This document shows, in pieces, positions 28,328 to 37,580 of a stretch of 64,000 nt of DNA. Both the position numbers and the translations under genes were made by a program. A model generated the notes under the pieces. The model ran no database searches. It worked only from the letters and a program-made list of their open reading frames with translations, and was not told the origin of the DNA. Origin of the DNA: Microgenomates group bacterium Gr01-1014_5 (GTDB lineage Bacteria > Patescibacteriota > Microgenomatia > UBA8517 > UBA10165); the NCBI GenBank assembly GCA_007376395.1, contig VMGE01000001.1, forward strand, positions 25,635-89,634, read 5' to 3'. Each line of letters starts with the position of its first letter. The stretch's first letter is position 1.

Positions 28328-28940
28328 ATTGGTTCTCCAATAACATTTGAATAGTTTGTCCTTTTAACTCCTGAGTCTTAATTTGTGACGGATTGTAGAA
28401 GTTATAAAATAAATCAAGAAGCTCTAGGCTGTCTAAGACTCTGGCTTTCATTCCTAACCTCTCCAATCCTCTTTGTACAATGTCCCGGTTTAAATAAATC
28501 TGTTCTTTTATTAAGTTAAAGTCTTTATTCCTGTCTAAATGTTGATAAGGTATTACTACATAAAATCTTCTGGATAAGATTTTGTTTCCGGCAACAAGAT
28601 TTTTAATAAAATCGCAGTAATTATCTGTTTGTTCTTTATAAATCTTTTCTTTCTCATTTTTCTTACTTTGAGAGATAGCTTCTAAATACCTGTCAATATC
28701 AACTTCCCGAACCCTTATTAAAACCTGTAAAGCACACGGAAGAGAGTTAAGGAAGTTTTGGAAAGAATCAATTAAAACATCTTGTTCGGCTTCGCTTTTT
28801 AATTCAAAGTTAATAGAGGAAGTTTCAATAATTAACCTATATTGGTTATTTGGTAATACCAGAATTCCGTCGCGGACTTCTTTCATCTGAATTTGTCTGC
28901 GAGACGATACTCTACTTTTGGACTTGCCCAACAGAAACAT
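28320..28940 (-). CDS. T4SS-associated protein (VirB4 N-terminal/TraC-like)
   Basis: SINFELKSEAEQ...FQNFLNSL...RRFYVVIP; overlaps virB4. Confidence 0.7.
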   Translation of the reverse strand: MFLLGKSKSRVSSRRQIQMKEVRDGILVLPNNQYRLIIETSSINFELKSEAEQDVLIDSFQNFLNSLPCALQVLIRVREVDIDRYLEAISQSKKNEKEKIYKEQTDNYCDFIKNLVAGNKILSRRFYVVIPYQHLDRNKDFNLIKEQIYLNRDIVQRGLERLGMKARVLDSLELLDLFYNFYNPSQIKTQELKGQTIQMLLENQYV

Positions 28941-29430
28941 TGAAGCCTCCTTTCTTGCCCGGTTTTAAGATAAATGAATATCTGGGGTCTCTTACAATAT
29001 TTTCGAACTTCACTAAATCACGGATCGCAAAAGCAGGTATTGGAGCTTTGTTTTCCAGCTTCGCTGGCGCTTTTTTAAATATTCTTCTTTGCCTTTTCTC
29101 AAAGACAGGAAGATCAAGAGTTCTTAAAGCAACTTCATTTTTGTTATACAGATAATACCGGGGTCTTAAGTTATACCGCAGAAGAATGACTAACCAATTC
29201 AAAACTACCTTCCCTTTAATTCTTAATGAGAGGAGTAAAGAAATAAGCAAGACCACAAGTACTATCGGAAACTTATATACCGCCAGATTCATTCGTGGAG
29301 GCAAGAATGCATAGGCAAATGTGGTGAAGAATACCGGAATCATAAGCAGAAGGATTTGTGTCAGGTTTAGATTTCCTGCGATTTTATCCTCAACTGTTGT
29401 AATTTGTGCCGGAATAACTGTTGTTCTCAT
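28912..29430 (-). CDS. PrgI-like membrane protein
   Basis: VPAQ-type start, VEDKIAGNLNLTQ, two TM segments. Confidence 0.75.
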   Translation of the reverse strand: MRTTVIPAQITTVEDKIAGNLNLTQILLLMIPVFFTTFAYAFLPPRMNLAVYKFPIVLVVLLISLLLSLRIKGKVVLNWLVILLRYNLRPRYYLYNKNEVALRTLDLPVFEKRQRRIFKKAPAKLENKAPIPAFAIRDLVKFENIVRDPRYSFILKPGKKGGFNVSVGQVQK

Positions 29431-30722
29431 GCGTGTACCACCTTTCTGGGAGTTTTAACTGCTCTTTGTGTAGCCTCTCTGGACTCTGAGGAATTGTTAC
29501 TGGTAGTCATAACATTCATAATCTGGCCACCAATATTTCTCATCATTCCCCGTCCGGTGTTGTACATAATAAGTTGCATCATAAAGCCCGGAGTTTTTAA
29601 GAGTGTAAAGAATAAACCAATTCCCACAGCAATAGAAATTAAGGAGTTATTGTTATTGCCAGGGATCGTTAAGAACGATGAGGCAAGTTGAATGATAACT
29701 ACATGGACAAAGACTGCAAAAACTGTGACTATGTAGCTTTTAATCGCAATCTCGGCAAAGTCAGCGGTTTTTGGTATTGCCATGAGGAGAAATATAAACG
29801 GAGACAATACCGCACCAAGTGAGATGGCAATTAGTCTGGTTATGTACATAAGGAGCAGAACAATTGAAACAATCAGAAATAGAATTAAAAAGATAAGCGT
29901 GATCAGTGGCGTTGTACCGGTAATAAAGGCAGTCGGATTAACGGCATTCAGTACCCATGCTTGGTTTAATCCTCCGGTTAAATCTAAGACTCCCTTAACT
30001 AAAGCGTTACAGGTGATAATCACATAGTCTGCTAAGAATAAGGATGTATTTGCTCCCAAGAAGCAAATGCCGATTCTAGGTAAAAGCTGTCTTAATTCAA
30101 CCTCTTCAAAACCGAATGTTGAGGCACTCATAAAGCGAAGACCTAAAAGCGCAACTACAACAACAAATAGCGAATCTACAATCCCTAAAGTAATCAGCCA
30201 GAAATTGAATACAACCGAGTTTGTCATTAAGTTTGGAGTAGTAGTCAGATAAGTCATAATCGCGTCCACTGTGGGCTTTGTAGCGCTTTCTACGATATTC
30301 TGCATAAAGCCTGTGACTGCATCTATTAAGACTTGAGTTAAACCGCCGGTAGGCTCTGCACTTTCAAGAGGGGTTAGAGCGACAGCACCAGTGTTTGTAT
30401 TTGCCGAAGGGTTTGTTAGGGCATTTTGAAATACCGAGATAATAGTTCCGGCGGCAAGGATTAACACCAGTCCAATCAAGGCATTCTTAATAGTTTTCTT
30501 AGCATTGTTTAAACTTTCAGGGTTTCCGGAAGAAGCAATATATAAATATCCACCCTTAATCAAAAAAAAGACCGCCGAAGCGGTCCCGATTAGGGTAATG
30601 ATTTGTAAAGTATCTCTAGTGTAGTTTGTAATTTCAGAACTTGTTGTGACTTGGGCGAACACAGGAGAAGCGTAAATAAAAGTTAATAGTATTCCAATAA
30701 ATCCACCTAAGATTCGACTCAT
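29427..30722 (-). CDS. pilin-like domain fused to VirB6/TrbL-like membrane protein
   Basis: GYLYIASSGNPESL...AKKTIKNALIG repeat of the adjacent pilin; multiple TMs; ATG at 30722. Confidence 0.7.
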   Translation of the reverse strand: MSRILGGFIGILLTFIYASPVFAQVTTSSEITNYTRDTLQIITLIGTASAVFFLIKGGYLYIASSGNPESLNNAKKTIKNALIGLVLILAAGTIISVFQNALTNPSANTNTGAVALTPLESAEPTGGLTQVLIDAVTGFMQNIVESATKPTVDAIMTYLTTTPNLMTNSVVFNFWLITLGIVDSLFVVVVALLGLRFMSASTFGFEEVELRQLLPRIGICFLGANTSLFLADYVIITCNALVKGVLDLTGGLNQAWVLNAVNPTAFITGTTPLITLIFLILFLIVSIVLLLMYITRLIAISLGAVLSPFIFLLMAIPKTADFAEIAIKSYIVTVFAVFVHVVIIQLASSFLTIPGNNNNSLISIAVGIGLFFTLLKTPGFMMQLIMYNTGRGMMRNIGGQIMNVMTTSNNSSESREATQRAVKTPRKVVHA

Positions 30723-30759
30723 ATCTTTAGTTATTAAACGAGCAGATAGAGCAGAAAAA

Positions 30760-31092
30760 TTAATTACCTCCGCCAAATGCACCGGTTGCAAGTTGTGTCA
30801 CAATATTTGAAAACACAAATGCTCCCAAAACAATTGCCAGTCCGACAGCCGAATACAAAATAGTCTTTTTAGACCTATCTAATGATTCGGGATTACCGGA
30901 TGAAGTAATGTACCCATAACCTCCCCAGATAAAAAATCCTGTAGCAACTAAACCACCCAGAGTTGTTGCTATCTGAATAATGCTTTGAATGAAGGTCTGA
31001 ATTTTCGTTACATCAGCCGCTTGAGCATATACCGGAGAAGCAACAATTAGAGAAGTTAATAATGCCGATTGAAGAATAATTGCTTTTTTCAT
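30760..31092 (-). CDS. VirB2/TrbC-like pilin
   Basis: Signal peptide (PVYA); GGYGYITSSGNPE...SKKTILYSAVGL; AGGAGG RBS. Confidence 0.8.
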   Translation of the reverse strand: MKKAIILQSALLTSLIVASPVYAQAADVTKIQTFIQSIIQIATTLGGLVATGFFIWGGYGYITSSGNPESLDRSKKTILYSAVGLAIVLGAFVFSNIVTQLATGAFGGGN

Positions 31093-31205
31093 ACTCTACC
31101 TCCTTTCCTTAAAAGTGGGCAGAGTTGACTTGACTTACTTTGAACTAGTTTATATCAGACAAGGGTTATGTTGTCAATGCAAGTAAATCTAATTGATTTG
31201 TGACT

Positions 31206-31280
31206 AAGGGTTGCACCCCTCTTTTTGCAAGGGTCAAGATGAACTCCTTGCAGTCGCCCTTGCAAAATTTCACCCCGCTT
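31206..31280. promoter_or_regulatory. long hairpin, candidate ssDNA promoter or oriT-proximal element
   Basis: TTTTGCAAGGG(31223-33)/CCCTTGCAAAA(31257-67). Confidence 0.45.
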
Positions 31281-31366
31281 AAGCTTTCAGCATGTATCGG
31301 TAGCAGGCAGGCTGCTACCTAAAAATAAATTCTTTTAGGAAAGCAAAGAAAGGGGGTGAATATAAA

Positions 31367-31666
31367 ATGATGCTACTTACAAAACAGATACAGTCAAAAC
31401 TTCCTTCGTTATATTCTTGCGAGAACAAGAAAGATCCGATGGTAATAGTTAAATTCTTTGCTCCATGGAATGACTGGACATGGTACGGGATAGAGTTTGA
31501 CGGCCAGGATAGGTTCTTTGGATATGTTGTGGGACATGAGAAGGAGTTGGGTTACTTCTCTCTGTCAGAATTAAACTGGATAGAGGGACCTTACGGATTA
31601 AAGATTGAGCGCGATATGTATTTTGAGCCTCAACCTCTATCAGAGATTAAAAAACTTCACGAATAA
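31367..31666 (+). CDS. DUF2958-like protein
   Basis: VKFFAPW..WTWY..E...FFGYV.G.EKELGYFSLSEL...IERD.YF. Confidence 0.75.
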   Translation: MMLLTKQIQSKLPSLYSCENKKDPMVIVKFFAPWNDWTWYGIEFDGQDRFFGYVVGHEKELGYFSLSELNWIEGPYGLKIERDMYFEPQPLSEIKKLHE

Positions 31667-31674
31667 GTTTTATC

Positions 31675-31706
31675 CTGCCGTTACCTAAAAAGTAGCGGCA
31701 GGTTTT
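31675..31706. terminator. terminator between convergent genes
   Basis: CCTGCCGTTAC...GTAGCGGCAGG followed by TTTT. Confidence 0.7.
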
Positions 31707-32472
31707 ATTCTGATTCTACTTTTTGCCAAATATTCTGACCCTTTTTACTAAACCGGATAGTGTCCTGGGTAGTTAGAAATATCGGTATATCTTCAAATGT
31801 TTTTTTCAATTTTGCTTTACCATAATGGGAAACAAAAGCTCTTCTTCTTTCATTAGCCATAACAAAGAATATTGAAGGCAAGGGACTGTTATTAGTACTT
31901 GCTTCCCAACTACCATCTTGGAAATAGTTTATATATTTTCTAACAGAGTATCTGATAATCCCAGTCTTATTCCTGTACTCATCAAACAACTCAAGAAAAT
32001 ATCTTTTAGTAACCCCATTTGTTTCAACTGCAATATATGCATCTAAATCTTTTGGGAGATAATCAAAATTTTCTAAATCTTGTTGTGTACAAAAAGCCAT
32101 CTTAGACTTTTTATCTTTTTGGGATAAAAAGAAGAGGTAGGTGTCTGCTAAAAACAACCAATGATTCTTAAATATCTCAGAACGACTTCTTTCTTTGTAG
32201 ATTCTGTTTAAGAAATCCTCACTGGTATTTTCTTTTAGAATTTGTCTTGATTTTGATGCAAGGCAATAGATATATGGTTTGGTAATGTCTTTAGAATCTA
32301 CAACAGCGGTTATATATTTTTTCTTCCGTAAATCTTTGAGCCATTCTTTTATTCGTTTGTTGTCTTTATGGTTGAAGTATTTTTGAAGTTGTATTGTTTT
32401 TGTAAAGCGGAATTTGAGTAGAAAGAGAATGATTTGTTTTTGTGATTTAGTAATAGGCGGTAATGTTTTCAT
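31705..32472 (-). CDS. replication-relaxation family protein (putative relaxase)
   Basis: N-terminal wHTH; conserved H, DAY, YFLE, KYINY; adjacent to the coupling protein. Confidence 0.7.
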   Translation of the reverse strand: MKTLPPITKSQKQIILFLLKFRFTKTIQLQKYFNHKDNKRIKEWLKDLRKKKYITAVVDSKDITKPYIYCLASKSRQILKENTSEDFLNRIYKERSRSEIFKNHWLFLADTYLFFLSQKDKKSKMAFCTQQDLENFDYLPKDLDAYIAVETNGVTKRYFLELFDEYRNKTGIIRYSVRKYINYFQDGSWEASTNNSPLPSIFFVMANERRRAFVSHYGKAKLKKTFEDIPIFLTTQDTIRFSKKGQNIWQKVESE

Positions 32473-32651
32473 TTAAGTTAGTTAATAGTATGGAGCAGAG
32501 AGCAGAAGGTTTAGGCAGAAGTTAGTTTATATATCCTTGTTTGGATTATATTACATCCCCTTATATTTATATAAGTATAAAGAGTCTGTGTTTTTTCTTG
32601 GTTTAGCTTCATTATTATACTTATTTCTGTCCCTACATGTGGGGACATTTT

Positions 32652-35207
32652 TTAGAATACTTTACTTTCAGGAAATAGCACATCACCCACACTATTATTC
32701 GTCCGATTTACACTTTCTGTTTCTTTGACTTCAGTAATTTTATTACTTACTTGTTGACTAACTTTTTGATATTTTATAGCCCAGTTTTTTCGGGAAGCCT
32801 CTATCAATTTGTCTATCTTTTTACTATCTCTTTTAAGAGGTGTGTAGATTGTTTCACCAGAGAAAGGTTCTTCCGGTTCAACCGCTGATACTTTAATGTA
32901 GAAACTATATTTGGGGAGATTAGAAATATCTCCTCTGTCTATATATGGCGCGAACTGATTTAACATCAACTCTTCATCTATATAGTTAGCGCTTCTAAAA
33001 CAGACAACGGTTGTTACGTTTGCCAAGATAACATTAACTATATTTCTATCATCTTGTTGTGAGGCGGATTGTTCAGCGATTGTAACCCTTAATTTATATT
33101 TTCTTCCCTCAGATAACATCTTAGTAAATGAGTGGGTGGCAAAGTTTTGGAATTCGTCTACATATAGATAAAATGGTTTTCTTTTGCTTTCGGAAATATT
33201 AGAACGTTTTAGTGCGGCTTGTTGTATTTTGGTCATAATAGTTGTTCCCAATAATCTTGAAGTGTCTTCACCTAATTTTCCTTGAGAAAGATTACAGATA
33301 ATAATTTTCCCAGAGTCCATTAATTCGCCAAAGTTAACAGTAGATTTTGGTTGTTCTAAAATTCTCTTTGCAGTTGGAGAAAACAAGAAACGTCCAATCT
33401 TTGCGGTAACTCCGCCAACCATTTTAACCACCTGATAATCACCAGCTCTACCAAACTCATACTTCCAAAAGTTTTTTAAGTTTTCATCTTTTAATTTAGC
33501 TAAAACCTGTTTTTGAAAAGGTGGGTTATTTAAAAGGTCATATACAGTAAAGATTGTTCTACCCTCTACAGTAAAAGCAGTGTAGATAGCGTTTCTTAAG
33601 ACATACTCAATTCTATGGGCGTTTACATATTCTTCTTTGGAAAATACTTTTCTGAATAAAGATATGACACCTTCGGCAACAACTTCTTTTTCTAACTCTG
33701 CTTCGTCCTCATCTAATCCGGGTGTTAACTCTAAGATATTTATTCCTATTGGAAACTTCAAATCAATTGGGTTAATGAATACCAAATCATTCAATCTCTT
33801 TTCAGGGATAACAGCAATCAAATCATCTGCAGCGTCTCCATGGGGGTCAAGAAAAGCCATACCTCTGCCTTGTTCAATATCATGCTTTGCCATCGAAAAC
33901 ATCATTGTTGTTTTACCAGAACCCGTGCGTCCAATAATGTACATGTGGGTTTCGCGCTCCTCTTCGGTTAAGCCTATATCTGTGATAGCGCCCCCATAAT
34001 TGTTTTTACCAAAGACCACATCATATTTATTACCTTTCTTCAAGGAGAGTGGCGCAGGGAGAGTTTTGCTATGTGACTTAACTAAATTTTCTGTATTCGT
34101 GGAACTGGTGTAGGGAAAATGATAAATACTGGAGATTTCAGAAATTGATAACACCGATGTTTTTGTCAAAGATAACACTCTTTTCTTAAAAGTATAAAAA
34201 GAGAAGTCTTTTAGCTTATCTATATTCAAAACTCTTTTAGTACCTAAAGACTGGTATCCGGTAGAAGAAAAAGTTGAGAAAGAAGACTTAAATCCTTGAA
34301 TTCTTTCTGATAAATCATCTTTATCGTTAAAAGACATAAGAAGTCTAATCGTTGTTTCAAACAAGGGTTGATTTATCTTTGAATCTATCGAGGCTACAAT
34401 ATCCATCTCGGAAGGAGATTTTGTTTTTGGCGCTCTATATGAATTGTAAAATAGCCATTTCAATAAAAATGTTGGAGTTTTTAGATACTTAATAACATCC
34501 CCATTAGCAGAGATGAGTTTTGCAATCTTTTTTGCACCTTTGCTATTGGCAGGAGAAACAACTAATTGAAGTGAGATTAATTCACCCGGAGCAAGTTTAG
34601 TCATCTGTCCGGTAAGGTAGGCAATCGGGTCATGCTTATCTAATTCACTTTGTCTTTTAAGGGAAAAGGCAAAATGCTTGGATAACTTAAATTCGATAAT
34701 CTTATAAAAGTGTTTTTTAAGAGTGCTTTTATCCTCTGGCAAATATTCACTTACTGTTTTAACGCGTAAATTAGGAAGGTAAGATAATAAATTCTTCTTT
34801 AATGTGTTTACCTGTTTAGGCGAAGTTCTTATTAAATATCTAATTCCTTGATTTTGAGTTGACACTATCTCAAGAGAAAATCTGGTTTTGTTACCAAACA
34901 ACCAATCCTTAAATGACGTCTGGTTTCCAAGTGCATGGATGATAGAAAAAAGTTGATCGGTTGTATAGGACATTTTTTCGGTAAAAGAGGGTGGGGTTAG
35001 CTCAAGTAGCATTGATGGCTCGCCTAACGACCTGCTAATGGCTAAAATCTTACGGATTATAAGCAGTAAAAAACCAGACAAGATAAGAAGAGCAACCGGA
35101 ATAATTAGGTTCTGAAAAGAAGCAAGAGAACTACCTTGAGGTTGACGGACGATTGAGACTAATTGATTTAGTAAATATCCGAACTCTAATTTATGAAGGT
35201 CGTTCAT
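32652..35207 (-). CDS. VirD4/TraD-like coupling protein
   Basis: HMYIIGRTGSGKT, LDPHGD, LYVDEFQNF, SEGRKY. Confidence 0.88.
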   Translation of the reverse strand: MNDLHKLEFGYLLNQLVSIVRQPQGSSLASFQNLIIPVALLILSGFLLLIIRKILAISRSLGEPSMLLELTPPSFTEKMSYTTDQLFSIIHALGNQTSFKDWLFGNKTRFSLEIVSTQNQGIRYLIRTSPKQVNTLKKNLLSYLPNLRVKTVSEYLPEDKSTLKKHFYKIIEFKLSKHFAFSLKRQSELDKHDPIAYLTGQMTKLAPGELISLQLVVSPANSKGAKKIAKLISANGDVIKYLKTPTFLLKWLFYNSYRAPKTKSPSEMDIVASIDSKINQPLFETTIRLLMSFNDKDDLSERIQGFKSSFSTFSSTGYQSLGTKRVLNIDKLKDFSFYTFKKRVLSLTKTSVLSISEISSIYHFPYTSSTNTENLVKSHSKTLPAPLSLKKGNKYDVVFGKNNYGGAITDIGLTEEERETHMYIIGRTGSGKTTMMFSMAKHDIEQGRGMAFLDPHGDAADDLIAVIPEKRLNDLVFINPIDLKFPIGINILELTPGLDEDEAELEKEVVAEGVISLFRKVFSKEEYVNAHRIEYVLRNAIYTAFTVEGRTIFTVYDLLNNPPFQKQVLAKLKDENLKNFWKYEFGRAGDYQVVKMVGGVTAKIGRFLFSPTAKRILEQPKSTVNFGELMDSGKIIICNLSQGKLGEDTSRLLGTTIMTKIQQAALKRSNISESKRKPFYLYVDEFQNFATHSFTKMLSEGRKYKLRVTIAEQSASQQDDRNIVNVILANVTTVVCFRSANYIDEELMLNQFAPYIDRGDISNLPKYSFYIKVSAVEPEEPFSGETIYTPLKRDSKKIDKLIEASRKNWAIKYQKVSQQVSNKITEVKETESVNRTNNSVGDVLFPESKVF

Positions 35208-35355
35208 TTCATACCCTTTCGGGCAGAAACTATAACAGAGTATATCACATATTAGAATTACTTTTTATGCCTGATTGCCCCTTGACAACTATCTTTATTT
35301 GGATATATACTATCCATATATGGATAGATACTAGGTTCAGGATGAGGCTACTATT

Positions 35356-35709
35356 ATGCAAGGTATAGAACAACAATTATTGATAAGGGAAGAGAGAATA
35401 GTCACTCCATTAGTTGAAGTTTTAGACACAGTTAATCCACTCACGCCTCCTAAAAATACAGTTTCTATTTCTCCTACACTTCGTCAATCCTTAGATGAGT
35501 TGTTTCCAGAACAGCAATATGACGAGAAGGATATCCAAAAAGCAAAAGAGACTCTTGGAAAAATAGCTGATGAATTCACTGAAATTGAGCTCAAAGGAGT
35601 AATTGCCGAGGTGCAATTCTTGGCTGAAAGTTGGTTAGATGATTTTGAGAGAACGATTTTTAAAGGTATGACTCTAAAAGAGTTACTTCATGAGAAAGGT
35701 GGCGTATGA
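35356..35709 (+). CDS. hypothetical protein coupled to the recombinase
   Basis: ATGA overlap with the recombinase start. Confidence 0.65.
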   Translation: MQGIEQQLLIREERIVTPLVEVLDTVNPLTPPKNTVSISPTLRQSLDELFPEQQYDEKDIQKAKETLGKIADEFTEIELKGVIAEVQFLAESWLDDFERTIFKGMTLKELLHEKGGV

Positions 35710-37286
35710 AATTTGATCGTCCTGTTATCCACGAAGATGGCAAGAAAGCAGTTATTTATCTTCGAGTTTCCACCGAAGAACAAGTAGATAATTTTTCTTT
35801 AGGTAGCCAGGAAGATATTTGCAGGAAAGAAGCAGAAAAAAGAGGATATGAAGTGGTTGAGGTTTTCAGAGAAGAAGGAAGATCTGCTAAAACAATTCTT
35901 GGTAGACCTGTACTTATAAGTTTGCTGGAGTATTGCCGGAAGAACAAAACTAAAGTTCACGCGGTATTTGCATACAGGTTAGACAGAATATCGAGACAAA
36001 CCGCAGATTACCTAGCAATCAGGAAAAAGCTTCTTGAACAAGATATAACAATAATATCTGCCACTGAACCTACAGGTGACAGCCCTACTGAAAAACTAGT
36101 TGAAACAATCCTGGCCGGGTTTGCTCAACTGGATAACGATATTAGGTCAGAAAGAGCACGAAATGGGCTTAGAGCGAGATATATGTCAGGTCTTATAAGT
36201 GGTAAGCCCCCACTCGGATATAAGTTTCAGGCAGGGTTTGCAGTTAAAGACCCTGAAACCTGGGATAAGGTGAAAAGGGCTTGGGAGCTTATGGCAACTG
36301 GCACTAAAAGTACCCGAGACTTGGGTAAAATAATGTCTGATTGGGGTTTGAGAGAAATTCATGGCAAATTATCTTATGAACTTCGACCACAATCAGTTTG
36401 CCGTATTTTTAGGCTTAAATTCTATGCAGGTATCTTAACATCTAAAACATATCCTGATGAGATTAAAGGACAACATGTACCAATGATTACAGAGGAGCTT
36501 TTCTATAAGGTACAGGCTCTCCTTGACGGCAGGGGTCCTAACAGAGGGGTCTTTGTAAAAAGAACATTTATAAATGAGGCATTTCCTTTAAGAAGAATTG
36601 TCAAATGTGGTAAGTGTGGTGCAGGGCTAACTGGATACTGGAGCACAGGAAAAATGGGAGTCAGATATGCTTATTATTCCTGCGGCATGAAGTGTAATTA
36701 CAAATGTATCCCTGTAAAAGAAGTTGAGGATAGTGTGATTGATATGCTTAAAGACATCACTCCAAAGGAAGAGGCACTTAAGCTCTTTATCAACTCTGTT
36801 TACAAAGCATATCACCAAAGGCTCTCAAGGCTTAACAAAACAAAAAGCGAAGCAAATCAAGAGATAGAGCGTCTGAAATTACTTAGAAAGTCTCTGGTTG
36901 AAAAAAATCTATCAGGAGTTTATTCGGATGAAATATTTAAAGAACAAAGCGCAATAATAGAGGATAAAATGATAAAGTCTCAGATTTCTAAAGAGGACTC
37001 AATAATTAATAAATATAATATTGATGCACTAACTTCTTTTATTAAAACTCTTTTGGCTGATTTAGGAGAAGCTTACAAAAGATCTAGTATTCCACAGCTA
37101 AAAATACTCCTGAGTTCGGTGTTCGAGGATAATCTCACTTGGGACTATAATGGCACACCGAACTCTAAGATTAGCCCGTTATATCAGTATATTCGTGACT
37201 TTTCGGAACATCATGTCCCGTCTGGAGCGGGAAACGGGATTCGAACCCGCGACCTTCTCGTTGGCAACGAGACGCTCTACCACTGA
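35706..37286 (+). CDS. large serine recombinase (integrase)
   Basis: YLRVSTEEQ, RLDRISR, PPLGY, CGKCG Zn ribbon; last ~20 codons antisense to tRNA-Gly. Confidence 0.93.
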   Translation: MKFDRPVIHEDGKKAVIYLRVSTEEQVDNFSLGSQEDICRKEAEKRGYEVVEVFREEGRSAKTILGRPVLISLLEYCRKNKTKVHAVFAYRLDRISRQTADYLAIRKKLLEQDITIISATEPTGDSPTEKLVETILAGFAQLDNDIRSERARNGLRARYMSGLISGKPPLGYKFQAGFAVKDPETWDKVKRAWELMATGTKSTRDLGKIMSDWGLREIHGKLSYELRPQSVCRIFRLKFYAGILTSKTYPDEIKGQHVPMITEELFYKVQALLDGRGPNRGVFVKRTFINEAFPLRRIVKCGKCGAGLTGYWSTGKMGVRYAYYSCGMKCNYKCIPVKEVEDSVIDMLKDITPKEEALKLFINSVYKAYHQRLSRLNKTKSEANQEIERLKLLRKSLVEKNLSGVYSDEIFKEQSAIIEDKMIKSQISKEDSIINKYNIDALTSFIKTLLADLGEAYKRSSIPQLKILLSSVFEDNLTWDYNGTPNSKISPLYQYIRDFSEHHVPSGAGNGIRTRDLLVGNETLYH

Positions 37287-37297
37287 GCTACTCCCGC
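37223..37297 (-). tRNA. tRNA-Gly(GCC)
   Basis: Cloverleaf; TCTCG-TTGCCAA-CGAGA; CCA encoded. Confidence 0.96.
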
Positions 37298-37536
37298 ACA
37301 TCTAACACAGAATTTAAATATTCCCGGCCTTTTCCTGTTTTAAGAAACAACTCTCTTCTATAAGCCTCACTTTTAGTGTTAAATGTCTCTCTGTGAACTA
37401 AAACATACGGTCTTGTTAGCTTTGTATACTTTGAAACACCACTATTGTGCTCTCGTATTCTTCTTTCAAGGTCAAGGGTAGACCCGGTATACAATCTGTT
37501 ATTCTTTAAGCTCCTAAGAACGTATACGTAATACAT
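37288..37536 (-). CDS. small GIY-YIG nuclease
   Basis: YYVYVLRS...LYTGSTLDLERRIREHN...EAYRRELFLKTG; stop codon inside the tRNA 5' end. Confidence 0.9.
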   Translation of the reverse strand: MYYVYVLRSLKNNRLYTGSTLDLERRIREHNSGVSKYTKLTRPYVLVHRETFNTKSEAYRRELFLKTGKGREYLNSVLDVRE

Positions 37537-37542
37537 ACTGCA

Positions 37543-37575
37543 CGACCTGTCGCCTTGGCGACCGCTCTACCACTG
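37543..37575 (-). pseudogene. tRNA-Gly fragment with the anticodon arm replaced by a palindrome
   Basis: CGACCT-[GTCGCCTTGGCGAC]-CGCTCTACCACTG versus tRNA CGACCT-[17-nt arm]-CGCTCTACCACTG. Confidence 0.75.
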
Positions 37576-37580
37576 TTGTA

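Larger units (their letters stand above)
14016..37232. mobile_element. integrative conjugative-type element inserted at the tRNA-Gly(GCC) 3' end
   Basis: GAGCGGGA core at 14016-14023 and 37225-37232; terminal serine recombinase; VirB4/VirD4/pilin/relaxase-like genes; AT-rich defence cargo. Confidence 0.85.
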
